The notes beneath the pieces are model-generated. The model was not told the origin of the DNA, made no database searches, and was given only the letters and a program-made list of their open reading frames with translations. From NCBI GenBank assembly GCA_963667285.1, contig OY763326.1, positions 1,490,233-1,554,232 of the forward strand: a stretch of 64,000 nucleotides of DNA, in the 5' to 3' direction. Of this stretch, positions 21,494-31,017 are shown piece by piece; the first letter of the stretch is position 1, and the number at the start of each line of letters is the position of its first letter. This DNA is from Alphaproteobacteria bacterium (lineage in GTDB: Bacteria; Pseudomonadota; Alphaproteobacteria; MPNO01). A program made the translations under genes and the position numbers.

Positions 21494-22468
21494 ATGCCGC
21501 GCGCAATCCAGATCGACAAGCCGGGACCCGCCTCGGCGATGAAATGGCGGGACGTGGAGGTCGGCGATCCCGGCAAGGGGGAAGTCCGCATCCGCCATAC
21601 CGCCGTCGGCCTCAACTATATCGACGTCTATCACCGGTCCGGGCTCTACCAGCTGCCGCTGCCGCTGACGCTCGGCATGGAAGGGGCGGGCGTCGTCGAG
21701 GGGCTGGGCCGCGGCGTGACCGACCTCAAGCCGGGCGACCGGGTGGCCTACGCGACCACCCCACTCGGCGCCTATTCGGAGGAACGGCTGATCCCGGCCG
21801 ACCGGGTGGTGAAGATCCCGCGCGACATCCCGGACGAGACCGCGGCGGCGATGATGCTGCAGGGCATGACCGTGCGCTACTTGCTGCGCGAGACCTACCG
21901 GGTCAGGAAGGGCGACACCATACTGGTCCACGCCGCGGCGGGCGGGGTCGGGCTGATCCTGTGCCAGTGGGCCAGGCATCTCGGCGCCACCGTGATCGGC
22001 ACCGTCGGCAGCCGGCAGAAGGCGAAGCTCGCCCGCGCGCATGGCTGCGACCACGCGATCGTCTATACCGAGCAGAGCTTCACCGACCGGGTGCGCCGGA
22101 TCACCAAGGGCGCCGGCGTCCCGGTGGTCTACGATTCGGTGGGCAAGGATACCTTCGAGGGATCGCTCGACTGCCTGGCTCCGCGCGGCGTGATGGTGAG
22201 CTTCGGCAACGCCTCGGGACCGGTCCCGCCCTTCGAGACCGGGATGCTGGCCGCCAAGGGCTCGCTGTTCCTGACCCGGCCCTCGCTGCCGCACTACACC
22301 GCCTCGCGCAAGGATCTGGTGACGACGGCGAACGATCTGTTCAAGGTGGTGCGGAGCGGCGCGGTGGAGATCGGGATCAACCAGACCTACGCGCTCAAGG
22401 ACGCCGCCACGGCGCATCGCGATCTGGAAGGCCGCAAGACGACGGGCTCGACGATCCTGGTGCCGTAG
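21494..22468 (+). CDS. qor: NADPH:quinone oxidoreductase (zeta-crystallin type MDR)
   Basis: 324 aa. NYIDVYHRSGLY, AAAGGVGL and the C-terminal HRDLEGRKTTGSTILVP are present. Confidence 0.85.
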   Translation: MPRAIQIDKPGPASAMKWRDVEVGDPGKGEVRIRHTAVGLNYIDVYHRSGLYQLPLPLTLGMEGAGVVEGLGRGVTDLKPGDRVAYATTPLGAYSEERLIPADRVVKIPRDIPDETAAAMMLQGMTVRYLLRETYRVRKGDTILVHAAAGGVGLILCQWARHLGATVIGTVGSRQKAKLARAHGCDHAIVYTEQSFTDRVRRITKGAGVPVVYDSVGKDTFEGSLDCLAPRGVMVSFGNASGPVPPFETGMLAAKGSLFLTRPSLPHYTASRKDLVTTANDLFKVVRSGAVEIGINQTYALKDAATAHRDLEGRKTTGSTILVP

Positions 22469-22471
22469 AGC

Positions 22472-22492
22472 CCGCGGGGCGGCGCCCCGCGG
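22472..22492. terminator. GC-rich hairpin between the convergent qor and rho genes
   Basis: The sequence is CCGCGGGGC-GGC-GCCCCGCGG, a 9-bp perfect stem with a 3-nt loop. There is no clear U-tract on either strand. Confidence 0.35.
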
Positions 22493-22493
22493 C

Positions 22494-23750
22494 CTACTGG
22501 TTCATCGCGTCGAAGAAGTCCGGGTTGTTCTTGGTGTCCTTGATCTTGTCGATCAGGAACTCCATCGAGTCGGTCACCCCCATCGGGGTGAGGATGCGCC
22601 TCAGCACCCACATCTTCGACAGCGTGCCGCGGTCGACCAGGAGCTCTTCCTTGCGGGTGCCCGACTTGGTGATGTCCATCGCCGGGAAGGTCCGCTTGTC
22701 GGCGAGCTTGCGGTCGAGGATGATCTCGGAATTGCCGGTGCCCTTGAACTCCTCGAAGATCACCTCGTCCATGCGCGAGCCGGTGTCGATCAGCGCCGAC
22801 GAGATGATGGTGAGCGAGCCGCCTTCCTCGATATTGCGCGCCGCGCCGAAGAAGCGCTTGGGGCGTTGCAGCGCGTTGGCGTCGACGCCGCCGGTCAGCA
22901 CCTTGCCGGAGCTCGGCACGACGGTGTTGTAGGCCCGCGCGAGCCGGGTGATGGAGTCCAGCAGGATCACCACGTCGCGCTTGTGCTCGACCAGGCGCTT
23001 GGCCTTCTCGATGACCATCTCGGCCACCTGCACATGCCGCGACGCGGGCTCGTCGAAGGTCGAGCTGATGACCTCGCCCTTCACCGAGCGCTGCATGTCG
23101 GTGACTTCCTCCGGTCGCTCGTCGATCAGCAGCACGATGAGATAGGCCTCGGGGTGGTTCGCGCTGATCGAATGCGCGATCCCCTGGAGCATCATCGTCT
23201 TCCCGGTGCGCGGCGGGGCTACGATCAGCGCCCGCTGGCCCTTTCCGAGCGGCGTGACCAGGTCGATGATGCGGGTGGTCAGGTCCTTGCGCGTCGGATC
23301 GTCGACCTCGAGCCCGATCTTCTCCTCCGGGTAGAGCGGGGTGAGGTTGTCGAAGTTGATCCGGTGGCGGATGCGCTCGGGCTCCTCGAAATTGATCAGG
23401 TTCACCTTGAGCAGCGCGAAATAGCGCTCGCCGTCCTTGGGCGAGCGGATCTGCCCCTCGACCGTGTCCCCGGTCCGCAGCCCGAAGCGCCGGATCTGGC
23501 TCGGCGAAACGTAGATGTCGTCCGGGCCGGGAAGATAGTTCGCCTCCGGCGAGCGCAGAAATCCGAAACCGTCCTGCAGGACCTCGAGGACGCCGTTGCC
23601 GGAGATGACGACATCGTTCTCGGCGAGCTGCTTGAGGATCGCGAACATCATGTCCTGCTTGCGCAGGGTCGATGCGTTCTCGATCTCCAGCTCTTCGGCG
23701 TAGCTGAGCAAATCGGCGGGCGATTTCTGCTTCAGTTCTTGCAGATTCAT
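22494..23750 (-). CDS. rho: transcription termination factor Rho
   Basis: 418 aa. It has an N-terminal Rho_N domain, the RNA-binding FGFLR motif, Walker A PPRTGKT, and the Q/R loops. Confidence 0.96.
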   Translation of the reverse strand: MNLQELKQKSPADLLSYAEELEIENASTLRKQDMMFAILKQLAENDVVISGNGVLEVLQDGFGFLRSPEANYLPGPDDIYVSPSQIRRFGLRTGDTVEGQIRSPKDGERYFALLKVNLINFEEPERIRHRINFDNLTPLYPEEKIGLEVDDPTRKDLTTRIIDLVTPLGKGQRALIVAPPRTGKTMMLQGIAHSISANHPEAYLIVLLIDERPEEVTDMQRSVKGEVISSTFDEPASRHVQVAEMVIEKAKRLVEHKRDVVILLDSITRLARAYNTVVPSSGKVLTGGVDANALQRPKRFFGAARNIEEGGSLTIISSALIDTGSRMDEVIFEEFKGTGNSEIILDRKLADKRTFPAMDITKSGTRKEELLVDRGTLSKMWVLRRILTPMGVTDSMEFLIDKIKDTKNNPDFFDAMNQ

Positions 23751-23945
23751 GGGAGTACCGGTTGGTTGGGAGCAGTTCCCCTGGCGATGGCACGCGAAGG
23801 GGTGAAGGAATACGAGCCGGCCGCCCGCGCGAGCTCGTTGGATAGTCCAGTCGGGATGGTGAACGCGTCGGGGCGAACCTAGCCGCTACCACTTAGCGAA
23901 TAGGCAATGCGGAGTCAAACCTCGATTGCAGCGCCGCCGGCCGAG

Positions 23946-24392
23946 TCAGAACGGCTTCACCACGACGAGGATCACGATGGCGATCATCAGCACGGTGGGC
24001 ATCTCGTTGACCGCACGGTAGAACCGCGCGGAGCGCCGGTTGCGCCCCTCCGCGAACCCGCGCCGCCAGACGGCGAACGCGCCGTGCACGGCGGACAGCG
24101 CGAGGACCAGCGCCAGCTTGGCGTAGATCCAGCCGGATGCCCAATCGACGGCACCGGGCGTCAGCAGCAGCAACCCGCCGGTGAAAAAGACCAGGATCAT
24201 CGCGGGGTTGACGATCAGCCGCAGCAGCCGGCGTTCCATCACCTTGAGCATCTCGTCCGCCTCGCCGCCCGGCTCGCGCCCGCTGTGATAGACGTAGAGC
24301 CGCGGCAGATAGAGCATGCCGGCCATCCAGGCGATCACCGCGACGACGTGAAACGCCCGCATCCAGGGATAGGCGTCGGCGAGCCAGGTCAT
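23946..24392 (-). CDS. hemJ: protoporphyrinogen IX oxidase HemJ (CopD-like membrane protein)
   Basis: 148 aa. AFHVVAVIAWMAGMLYLPRLYVYH is the HemJ/UPF0093 signature. It sits downstream of hemH with an ATGA overlap. Confidence 0.8.
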   Translation of the reverse strand: MTWLADAYPWMRAFHVVAVIAWMAGMLYLPRLYVYHSGREPGGEADEMLKVMERRLLRLIVNPAMILVFFTGGLLLLTPGAVDWASGWIYAKLALVLALSAVHGAFAVWRRGFAEGRNRRSARFYRAVNEMPTVLMIAIVILVVVKPF

Positions 24393-25426
24393 GGCGCGCC
24401 GGCCGGCGCGACCGGGCAGTCGCCCGCATGCAGGCCGCAGATGCGCCCACCGGAACCGGGCAGCGTCGTTTCGCCGCACCCCATCGCCCGGCGGACCAGC
24501 CCGGCCAGGCCCGCGACGAAGCCGGGATGGGTCCCGACGGTGGCCGCGCGTTCGTAGCGCGGCACGCCGGATGCCCCAGCGAGCGCGCGATACTCCTCGT
24601 CGAGCTCGACCAGGGTTTCCGAATGCTCCGAGACGAAGGCGACCGGCACGACGACCACCGGCCGCCCTTCGGCGCCGGCGCGCTCTATCTCGCGATCCGT
24701 GTAGGGGCCGATCCATTCGAGCGGACCGACCCGGCTCTGGTAGCAGATCACCCGGTCGAGGTCCGGCCTCCCCACGGCTTCGGCTATCGCAGCGACACTG
24801 CGCTCGACCTGCGCCCGGTAGGGATCGCCGGCCTTGATGAAGGCCTTGGGCACGCCATGGGCGGAATAGAGGATCCTGGGCTCCGGTCCTTCCCAGCGGT
24901 CGAGGATCTCGCCGGTCCGCGCCGCCTGCGCGGCGACGAAACCCGCATCGTCGGGGTAGCAGCAGACGCGCGCCGTCGGCACGTCGAGGACACCGCCCGC
25001 CTCGCGCCGCCACTCGCGGAAGGAAGACGCCGTCGTGGTCGACGAAAACTGCGGGTAGAGCGGCAGCAGCACGATCCTTCCGGGGTCGAAACGCTTTACC
25101 GCGCCCACCGTCTCCGCCGCCCGGGGATGCCAGTAGCGCATGCTGACGAAGACCCGGATGGCCGGATCGGCCAGCTCGCGTTGCAGCGCCGCGGCCTGCG
25201 CCTCGGTCTGTTGCAGCAGGGGAGACCCGCCGCCGAGGCGCCGGTAGATCGCCGTCGCCGCGCCGCGTCGGCGCCAGGCGATCAGCCTCGCAAGCAGCCA
25301 GCGCAGCGGCTGCCTCCGGCGGATGATCGCCGGGTCGTTGAACAGGTTGAACAGGAACGGCCCGACCGCTTCGAGCCGGTCGGGACCGCCGAGATTGAAC
25401 AGAACCACCGCGACGCGCTCGTTCAA
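24389..25426 (-). CDS. hemH: ferrochelatase
   Basis: 345 aa. VVLFNLGGP, LLPLYPQFSSTT, YSAHGVP and AFVSEHSETL are present. The proposed TTG start at 25426 overlaps the hemE stop codon (TTGA). Confidence 0.88.
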   Translation of the reverse strand: MNERVAVVLFNLGGPDRLEAVGPFLFNLFNDPAIIRRRQPLRWLLARLIAWRRRGAATAIYRRLGGGSPLLQQTEAQAAALQRELADPAIRVFVSMRYWHPRAAETVGAVKRFDPGRIVLLPLYPQFSSTTTASSFREWRREAGGVLDVPTARVCCYPDDAGFVAAQAARTGEILDRWEGPEPRILYSAHGVPKAFIKAGDPYRAQVERSVAAIAEAVGRPDLDRVICYQSRVGPLEWIGPYTDREIERAGAEGRPVVVVPVAFVSEHSETLVELDEEYRALAGASGVPRYERAATVGTHPGFVAGLAGLVRRAMGCGETTLPGSGGRICGLHAGDCPVAPAGAP

Positions 25427-26457
25427 GCCGCGCTTCCCTTCACCCGGGCGATCAGCGCCTCGACATGCGCGGGCGGGGTGTCGGGCACCACGCCATGGCC
25501 GAGATTGAAGACGAACGGCCCGCCGCCGAGCGCCGCGACGATGCCGTCGACGGCATCGTCCATCGCCTGCCCGCCGGCCGCCAGGAGGACCGGATCGAGA
25601 TTGCCCTGGACCGCGGCGTGCGGCTGCACCGCCGCCGCCGCCCAGCGCGGATCCACCGACTGATCGATCGAGACCGCGGCAACCCCGGGCAGCGCGGCGT
25701 AATCTGCATAGGCGCTGCCGACGCCGCGCGGGAAGGCGATCACCGGCACCTCCGGGCAGGCTTCGCCGATCCGCGCCGCGATCTCGGCGATCGGACGCAG
25801 CGAAAGGCGTTCGCGCAGCATCGCCGGCAGCGCGCCGGCCCAGCTGTCGAAAACCTGAACCGCCTCGGCCCCGGCGCCGATCTGGGCGATCAGGTGTTCG
25901 ACCACAGACTCGGTCAGAATGTCGATCAGGCGCTCGACGATATGCGGCGCGGTATAGGCCAGCGAGCGCGCCCGTTCGTGGTCGCGGCTCGTGCCGCCCT
26001 CGATCATGTAGGTCGCGACGGTCCACGGCGCGCCGGCGAAACCGACAAGCGCGGTCCCCGCGGGCAAACCGTCCCGAACCCCCGCGACCGTCTCGTAGAC
26101 CGGCGCCAGCCGTTCCTTGAGCCGGGCCGGGTCCAATCGGTCGATATCGCCTTCCGTCCGCGCGGGCTCGAGCCTCGGCCCCCTGCCCTGCTCGAACCAG
26201 ACCCTCTGGCCCAGCGCATCGGGGATCACCAGGATGTCGGAGAACACGATCGCCGCGTCGAGCCGGTAGCGCCGCACGGGCTGCAATGTCGCCTCGATCG
26301 CGAGCTCGGGCGTGTAGCAGAACTCCAGGAACGAGGCGGCCTGCCGGCGCAGCGTCCGGTACTCCGGCAGGTGACGCCCGGCCTGTCGCATCAGCCAGAC
26401 CGGCGGCGTTCCGGTCGCCTGGCCGGAGAGAGCAGCAAGCAGGGGCTTGTCGATCAT
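25423..26457 (-). CDS. hemE: uroporphyrinogen decarboxylase
   Basis: PPVWLMRQAGRHLPEY and FDSWAG signatures are present. The start is taken at MIDKPLL (26457) rather than the track's 26550, which would extend into the AT-richer intergenic region. Confidence 0.9.
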   Translation of the reverse strand: MIDKPLLAALSGQATGTPPVWLMRQAGRHLPEYRTLRRQAASFLEFCYTPELAIEATLQPVRRYRLDAAIVFSDILVIPDALGQRVWFEQGRGPRLEPARTEGDIDRLDPARLKERLAPVYETVAGVRDGLPAGTALVGFAGAPWTVATYMIEGGTSRDHERARSLAYTAPHIVERLIDILTESVVEHLIAQIGAGAEAVQVFDSWAGALPAMLRERLSLRPIAEIAARIGEACPEVPVIAFPRGVGSAYADYAALPGVAAVSIDQSVDPRWAAAAVQPHAAVQGNLDPVLLAAGGQAMDDAVDGIVAALGGGPFVFNLGHGVVPDTPPAHVEALIARVKGSAA

Positions 26458-26878
26458 TGGCGCGGAGAACCGGTGTTGGAGGGGAGCGTCCGTTGTTCCC
26501 GCCAAATCTACTCCAAGAATCAGAATCAGGTTGTTGTGTCTGTTGGACACCCAAATAGCGAGGATTAATGGTTTGGCACCGTCTTTTCCCTGGCGACCGA
26601 GAATCGTGGAAAATCGCGTCCGCTACCCCGGCAGAGGGTGAATAACGCTCGTTGATCAATGAAATCAATGCGCTGGTAAAGGCCTGCTGGCGGGACAGGA
26701 GACCGATTCCGTGGACAGGGTGAAACCGTCAGCAACCTGTGGAATCTTGTGGGCGCCGTGCGCAAGCGGGTGGAACGCAAAAGATGCGCGGGGATCGTTT
26801 TGGCGTAGGGTAGAAGAACTCCCGACTTATCCCGGCAATTCCCGGTTAAACCCCAGGGCGGCAGAGCGAAGGAAGGCC
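26458..26878. other. candidate chromosomal replication origin (alphaproteobacterial hemE-linked oriC) with divergent promoters
   Basis: A 421-bp intergenic region, visibly AT-richer than its flanks. It has five GANTC (CcrM-type) sites at 26517, 26523, 26601, 26705 and 26742. Four same-strand GTGGA cores (degenerate DnaA-box cores) lie at 26606, 26711, 26739 and 26770. It sits between hemE and DUF299-maf-aroE-coaE-dnaQ, and gene orientation diverges from this point. Confidence 0.5.
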
Positions 26879-27721
26879 ATGGCCGAGTACAACCTTCATC
26901 TGGTCTCCGACTCGACCGGCGAGACCACCCAGGGCGTCGTCCGCGCCTGCATGGCGCAGTTCGAGGGCGTCGACGTCGAGCAGCATCTGTGGCCGATGGT
27001 GCGGACCGCCGACGAGCTCGGCAGGGTGATCGAGGGGATCCACCAACAGCCGGGGGTGGTGATCTTCACCCTCGTCAACGACGCCACGCGGGGCGCGCTG
27101 CAGGAAGAGTGCCGCAACCTCAACCTGCCCTGCGTCTCGGTGATCGATCCGGTGATCGAGGCGATGGCGCGCTACTTCCACCGCAAGCAGAGCGGCCGGC
27201 CCGGCGGCCAGCATCTGCTCAGCGCGGAATATTTCGACCGCATCGAGGCGATGAACTTCGTGCTCTCGCATGACGACGGGCAGAACGCCTGGAACCTGGA
27301 GGAGGCGGATATCGTGCTGGTCGGCGTGTCGCGCACGTCCAAGACGCCGACCTCGATCTATCTCGCCAACCATTGGGGCATCAAGGCGGCGAACGTGCCG
27401 GTCGTCCCGGGCATCGACCTTCCGGCCGGGCTGTTCGGCCTGAAGAATCCGTTCTGCGTCGGCCTTACCACGGCGTCCGAACGTCTCGTGCAGGTGCGGC
27501 GCAACAGGCTCCTGATGCTGCGTCAGGAAGTGCTCGGCGAGTACGCGGATCTCGAGGCGGTCAAGGACGAGATCCTGTTCGCGAAACGTCTTTTCGCCGA
27601 GCAGGGCTGGCCGGCGATAGACGTGACGCGCCGTTCCATCGAGGAGACGGCGACGGCGATCTACCAGCTCTACCGCAACCGGCGGATGGCGGCGGATGAC
27701 GAAACCGGCAGCGGCGGCTGA
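26879..27721 (+). CDS. pyruvate,phosphate dikinase / PEP synthase regulatory kinase-phosphotransferase (DUF299)
   Basis: 280 aa. HLVSDSTGETT and the P-loop LVGVSRTSKTPTS are present. ATG at 26879 follows GAAGGAAGG. Confidence 0.85.
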   Translation: MAEYNLHLVSDSTGETTQGVVRACMAQFEGVDVEQHLWPMVRTADELGRVIEGIHQQPGVVIFTLVNDATRGALQEECRNLNLPCVSVIDPVIEAMARYFHRKQSGRPGGQHLLSAEYFDRIEAMNFVLSHDDGQNAWNLEEADIVLVGVSRTSKTPTSIYLANHWGIKAANVPVVPGIDLPAGLFGLKNPFCVGLTTASERLVQVRRNRLLMLRQEVLGEYADLEAVKDEILFAKRLFAEQGWPAIDVTRRSIEETATAIYQLYRNRRMAADDETGSGG

Positions 27722-28322
27722 ACACGGCCGCGACGCGCGGCTCGTCCTCGCCTCCACCAGCCCGACCCGGGCCCGGCTTCTCGCCGACGCCGGCGTGGAG
27801 GTCGAGATCGTCCCGCCCCGCATCGACGAAGACGGGGCCAAGCGCAGGCTTCGCGGCGCCGGCATCGACGGCCGGGGGCTCGCCGAACGCCTGGCCGAGG
27901 AGAAGGCGCTGAGCGTCGCCCGGCCGGGCCGGTTGGTCCTCGGCGCCGACCAGGTGCTGATCCTCGGCGAACGGGTCTTCGACAAACCGGCAGACCGGCA
28001 AGCGGCGGCGGAACAGCTCGCCGCGCTCGCCGGGCGGACCCACCGTCTGCTGAGCGCCGTCTGCATCGCGGAGGAAGGCAGCGCCGTATGGCGTTGCACC
28101 GGAGAAGCGCGGCTCGCCATGCGCGGCTTCGGCGCGGCTTTCGCAGACGACTATCTGGACCGCATCGGCGACGCCGCGCTCGCCGGGCCCGGGGCCTACC
28201 GGGTGGAAGGGCCGGGGATTCAGCTGTTCGACGCCATCGAGGGCGATTGGCCGACCATCCTCGGCTTGCCGCTGCTTGCCTTGTTGGCCTATCTCCGACG
28301 CCGGGGCGTGATTGCGGAATGA
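27696..28322 (+). CDS. maf: Maf-like nucleoside triphosphate pyrophosphatase
   Basis: 208 aa. LVLASTSPTRARLL and GADQVL ... GAYRVEGPG are present. Confidence 0.85.
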   Translation: MTKPAAAAEHGRDARLVLASTSPTRARLLADAGVEVEIVPPRIDEDGAKRRLRGAGIDGRGLAERLAEEKALSVARPGRLVLGADQVLILGERVFDKPADRQAAAEQLAALAGRTHRLLSAVCIAEEGSAVWRCTGEARLAMRGFGAAFADDYLDRIGDAALAGPGAYRVEGPGIQLFDAIEGDWPTILGLPLLALLAYLRRRGVIAE

Positions 28323-28326
28323 GGCG

Positions 28327-29175
28327 ATGACGATATCGGGGAAGGCAATCGTGGCCGGCGTGATGGGCTGGCCGGTCGGGCATTCGCGCTCGCCGGTGCT
28401 GCACAATTTCTGGCTGGCGCGGGCCGGGATCGACGGCGCCTACATACCCATGGCGGTTCCGCCGGACCGGCTGGGCGAGGCGCTGCGCGCCCTTCCGGCG
28501 CTCGGCCTCGCCGGAACCAACGTCACCATCCCGCACAAGGAAGCCGCATTCGCCGCCGTCGACGAGGCCGACGGTATCGCCCGGCGGATCGGCGCGGTGA
28601 ACACGGTCGTCGTGCGCGGTGACGGCGCGCTGTCGGGCTCCAACACCGACGCGTTCGGCTTCGTCGAGGCCCTGCGCAGCCGCCTCGGAACGTGGTCGGG
28701 CACCGGGATAGCGGCCGCCGTCCTCGGCGCGGGCGGCGCCGCGCGGGCGATCGTCGCCGCCCTGCAGGACGAGGGGGCGGGCGAGATCAGGCTGGTGAAC
28801 CGCACGCGCGCACGGGCGGACGCGCTGTGCGAGCGCTTCGGCGCGCCGCTGGTGGCGGTCGATTGGGACGAGCGCGAGGGCGCTCTCGAAGGCGCCGCAT
28901 TGGTGGTCAACACGACGTCGCTCGGCATGGCGGGCGGCGCGCCGCTCGAGCTCCGCCTGGACGGGCTGCCTGCGGAAGCGGTGGTCAACGATATCGTCTA
29001 CAGCCCGCTGGAGACCCCCCTGCTCGCCGCCGCGCGCGCGCGCGGCTGCCGCGCCGTCGACGGTCTGGAGATGCTGCTGCATCAGGCCCGCCCGGGCTTC
29101 GCCGCCTGGTACGGCGCCGAACCCGTGGTCGACGATGCGCTGCGCGGCCACGTCGCCGCCGACCTGCTCGGCTGA
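28327..29175 (+). CDS. aroE: shikimate 5-dehydrogenase
   Basis: GWPVGHSRSPVLHN, NVTIPHK, NTD and GAGGAARA motifs are present. The start is taken at MTISGK. Confidence 0.88.
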   Translation: MTISGKAIVAGVMGWPVGHSRSPVLHNFWLARAGIDGAYIPMAVPPDRLGEALRALPALGLAGTNVTIPHKEAAFAAVDEADGIARRIGAVNTVVVRGDGALSGSNTDAFGFVEALRSRLGTWSGTGIAAAVLGAGGAARAIVAALQDEGAGEIRLVNRTRARADALCERFGAPLVAVDWDEREGALEGAALVVNTTSLGMAGGAPLELRLDGLPAEAVVNDIVYSPLETPLLAAARARGCRAVDGLEMLLHQARPGFAAWYGAEPVVDDALRGHVAADLLG

Positions 29176-29180
29176 ACGGG

Positions 29181-29887
29181 ATGGTGATCATCGGCCTCAC
29201 CGGCTCCATCGGGATGGGCAAGACGACGGCGGCCGGGATGTTCCGCCATCTCGGCCTGCCGGTATACGATTCCGATGCCGCGGTGCACGGCCTGCTGGCC
29301 CTGGGCGGCGCCGCGGTGCACGCCGTCGGCGAGGCCTTCCCCGGCGTGGTGAGGGACGGTGCCGTCGACCGGACGATGCTGCGCGAGCGGGTGTTCGGCA
29401 ACAAGGCCGAGCTGCGCCGGCTGGAGGCGATCGTCCACCCGCTGGTGCGCCGGGTCCAGCGCGCGTTCCTGCGCCGCGCCGCGGCGCGGGGCGAACCCCT
29501 CGTCGTGCTCGACATCCCGCTCCTGTTCTCGAGGTCGGGCTCGCCGCGCAATGCGATGCCGTGGTCGTGGTCACGGCGCCGGCCTTCCTGCAACGGGCGC
29601 GGGTACTTTCGCGTCCCGGGATGACCGAGGAGACCCTCGCCGGCATCCTCGCCAACCAGCTTCCCGACCGCGAGAAACGGCGGCGCGCCGGGTTCGTGGT
29701 GCCGACCAGCCTCGGGCGGGCCCATACCTTGCGCCGGCTCAGATGGATCGTCAGAGTGATGACCGGGCGCCGCGGCGAGAACTGGCCGCCGGCGGCGCAT
29801 TTACCGCAGCCGGGTCGCTATGCGCGAAATCGTCCTCGATACCGAAACCACGGGGCTGGACCCGGGAAGCGGCCACCGTGTCGTTGA
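29181..29887 (+). pseudogene. coaE: dephospho-CoA kinase, reading frame interrupted near 29526-29531
   Basis: The N-terminal part has the P-loop (IIGLTGSIGMGKTT) and runs in one frame to DIPLLF. The remainder (EVGLAAQCDAVVVVTAPAFLQRARVLSRPGMTEE...) continues in the frame offset by 2 nt. Removing TC from CTGTTC[TC]GAGGTC restores PLLFEVGLA. Confidence 0.7.
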
Positions 29888-30488
29888 GATCGGCTGTCTC
29901 GAGCTGATCAACCACATCCCCTCCGGCGAGGCGTTCCACGCCTATGTGAATCCGGAGCGCGACATGCACGCCGGCGCTTTCGAGATTCACGGCCTCTCCG
30001 ACGAGTTTCTCGCCGACAAGCCGCTTTTCGGCGACGTCGTGGACGGCCTGCTCGCCTTCGTCGGCGAATCCGTGCTGGTTATCCACAACGCGCTGTTCGA
30101 TCTCGGTTTCCTGAACGCCGAGCTCGCCCGCATCGGCCGGGCACCGTTGCCGGAGGCCCGGGCGATCGACACCGTGGGCCTTGCGCGGCGCCGCTTTCCC
30201 GGCGCGCCGGCGAACCTGGATGCGCTATGCCGGAGGTTCGGGATCGACAACGCGGCGCGGACCAAGCACGGGGCGTTGCTCGACGCCGAGCTCCTCGCCG
30301 AGGTCTATCTCGAGCTGATCGGCGGCCGGCAGCCGTCGCTGGGCCTGGGCTCCGCCCGGGAGGTGGCGACGGAGTCCAGGGAGGAGCGTCCCGCGCGGCC
30401 GCCGCGCCGGCACGAACCGGACGCCGAGGAAAGCGCGGCGCACGCGGCGTTCGTCAGGAAGCTCAAGAATCCGGTCTGGCAGGGATAG
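29820..30488 (+). CDS. dnaQ: DNA polymerase III epsilon subunit (3'-5' proofreading exonuclease)
   Basis: 222 aa. ExoI is VLDTETTG, ExoII is HNALFDLGFL, and ExoIII is HGALLDAELLAEVY. Confidence 0.9.
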   Translation: MREIVLDTETTGLDPGSGHRVVEIGCLELINHIPSGEAFHAYVNPERDMHAGAFEIHGLSDEFLADKPLFGDVVDGLLAFVGESVLVIHNALFDLGFLNAELARIGRAPLPEARAIDTVGLARRRFPGAPANLDALCRRFGIDNAARTKHGALLDAELLAEVYLELIGGRQPSLGLGSAREVATESREERPARPPRRHEPDAEESAAHAAFVRKLKNPVWQG

Positions 30489-30502
30489 AACCCGGCCGCG
30501 CT

Positions 30503-30991
30503 TCAGGTGATGTCGAGCGCCGTCCGCTCGGCATGGTGTTCCACGTAGAGCGCGGCGAAATCGATCGGGTCGATCATCATCGGCGGGAAGCCGCCGTCGC
30601 GGGTCACGTTGGCGACCACCGACCGGGCGAAGGGGAACAGGTGGCGCGGCCCCTCGATCAGCACCAGCGGCTGGACATCTTCGTCGGCGACGTCGCCGAC
30701 GACCACGATCCCGGCATAGGTGAGCTCGACGATGAACGCCGTCGCGTCCCCGCTCTGCGCCTCGGCGCGGATGAACAGGGCGACTTCATAGGCATCCTCG
30801 GCGAGCAGCCGGGCGCTGGTGTTGACCTCCACCTCGACGTTCGGGTTTTGCGTGAGCTTGGCCAGGCCTTCGGGCCCCAGCGGGTTCTCGAAGGAAAGGT
30901 CCTTGATGTACTGGGCGCCGATCGAGAGCATCGGCCGCGCGGCGGCGGCGCTGCCGTTCTCCTGCGGCGGCGCGTCGGTTTCGTCAGCCAT
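30503..30991 (-). CDS. secB: protein-export chaperone SecB
   Basis: 162 aa from ATG 30991. QYIKDLSFENP and LFPFARSVVANVTRDGGFPP are present. Confidence 0.9.
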   Translation of the reverse strand: MADETDAPPQENGSAAAARPMLSIGAQYIKDLSFENPLGPEGLAKLTQNPNVEVEVNTSARLLAEDAYEVALFIRAEAQSGDATAFIVELTYAGIVVVGDVADEDVQPLVLIEGPRHLFPFARSVVANVTRDGGFPPMMIDPIDFAALYVEHHAERTALDIT

Positions 30992-31017
30992 GTGCGTCTC
31001 CCCGAACCGCGCGGGCT

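Noticed and set aside
26652-26668. TTGATCAATGAAATCAA (TTGAT-N7-ATCAA) as an FNR/CRP-type or CtrA binding site
   Set aside because: FNR/CRP sites have N4 spacing (TTGAT-N4-ATCAA), and CtrA sites are TTAA-N7-TTAA. This sequence fits neither. It is kept only as part of the AT-rich origin candidate.
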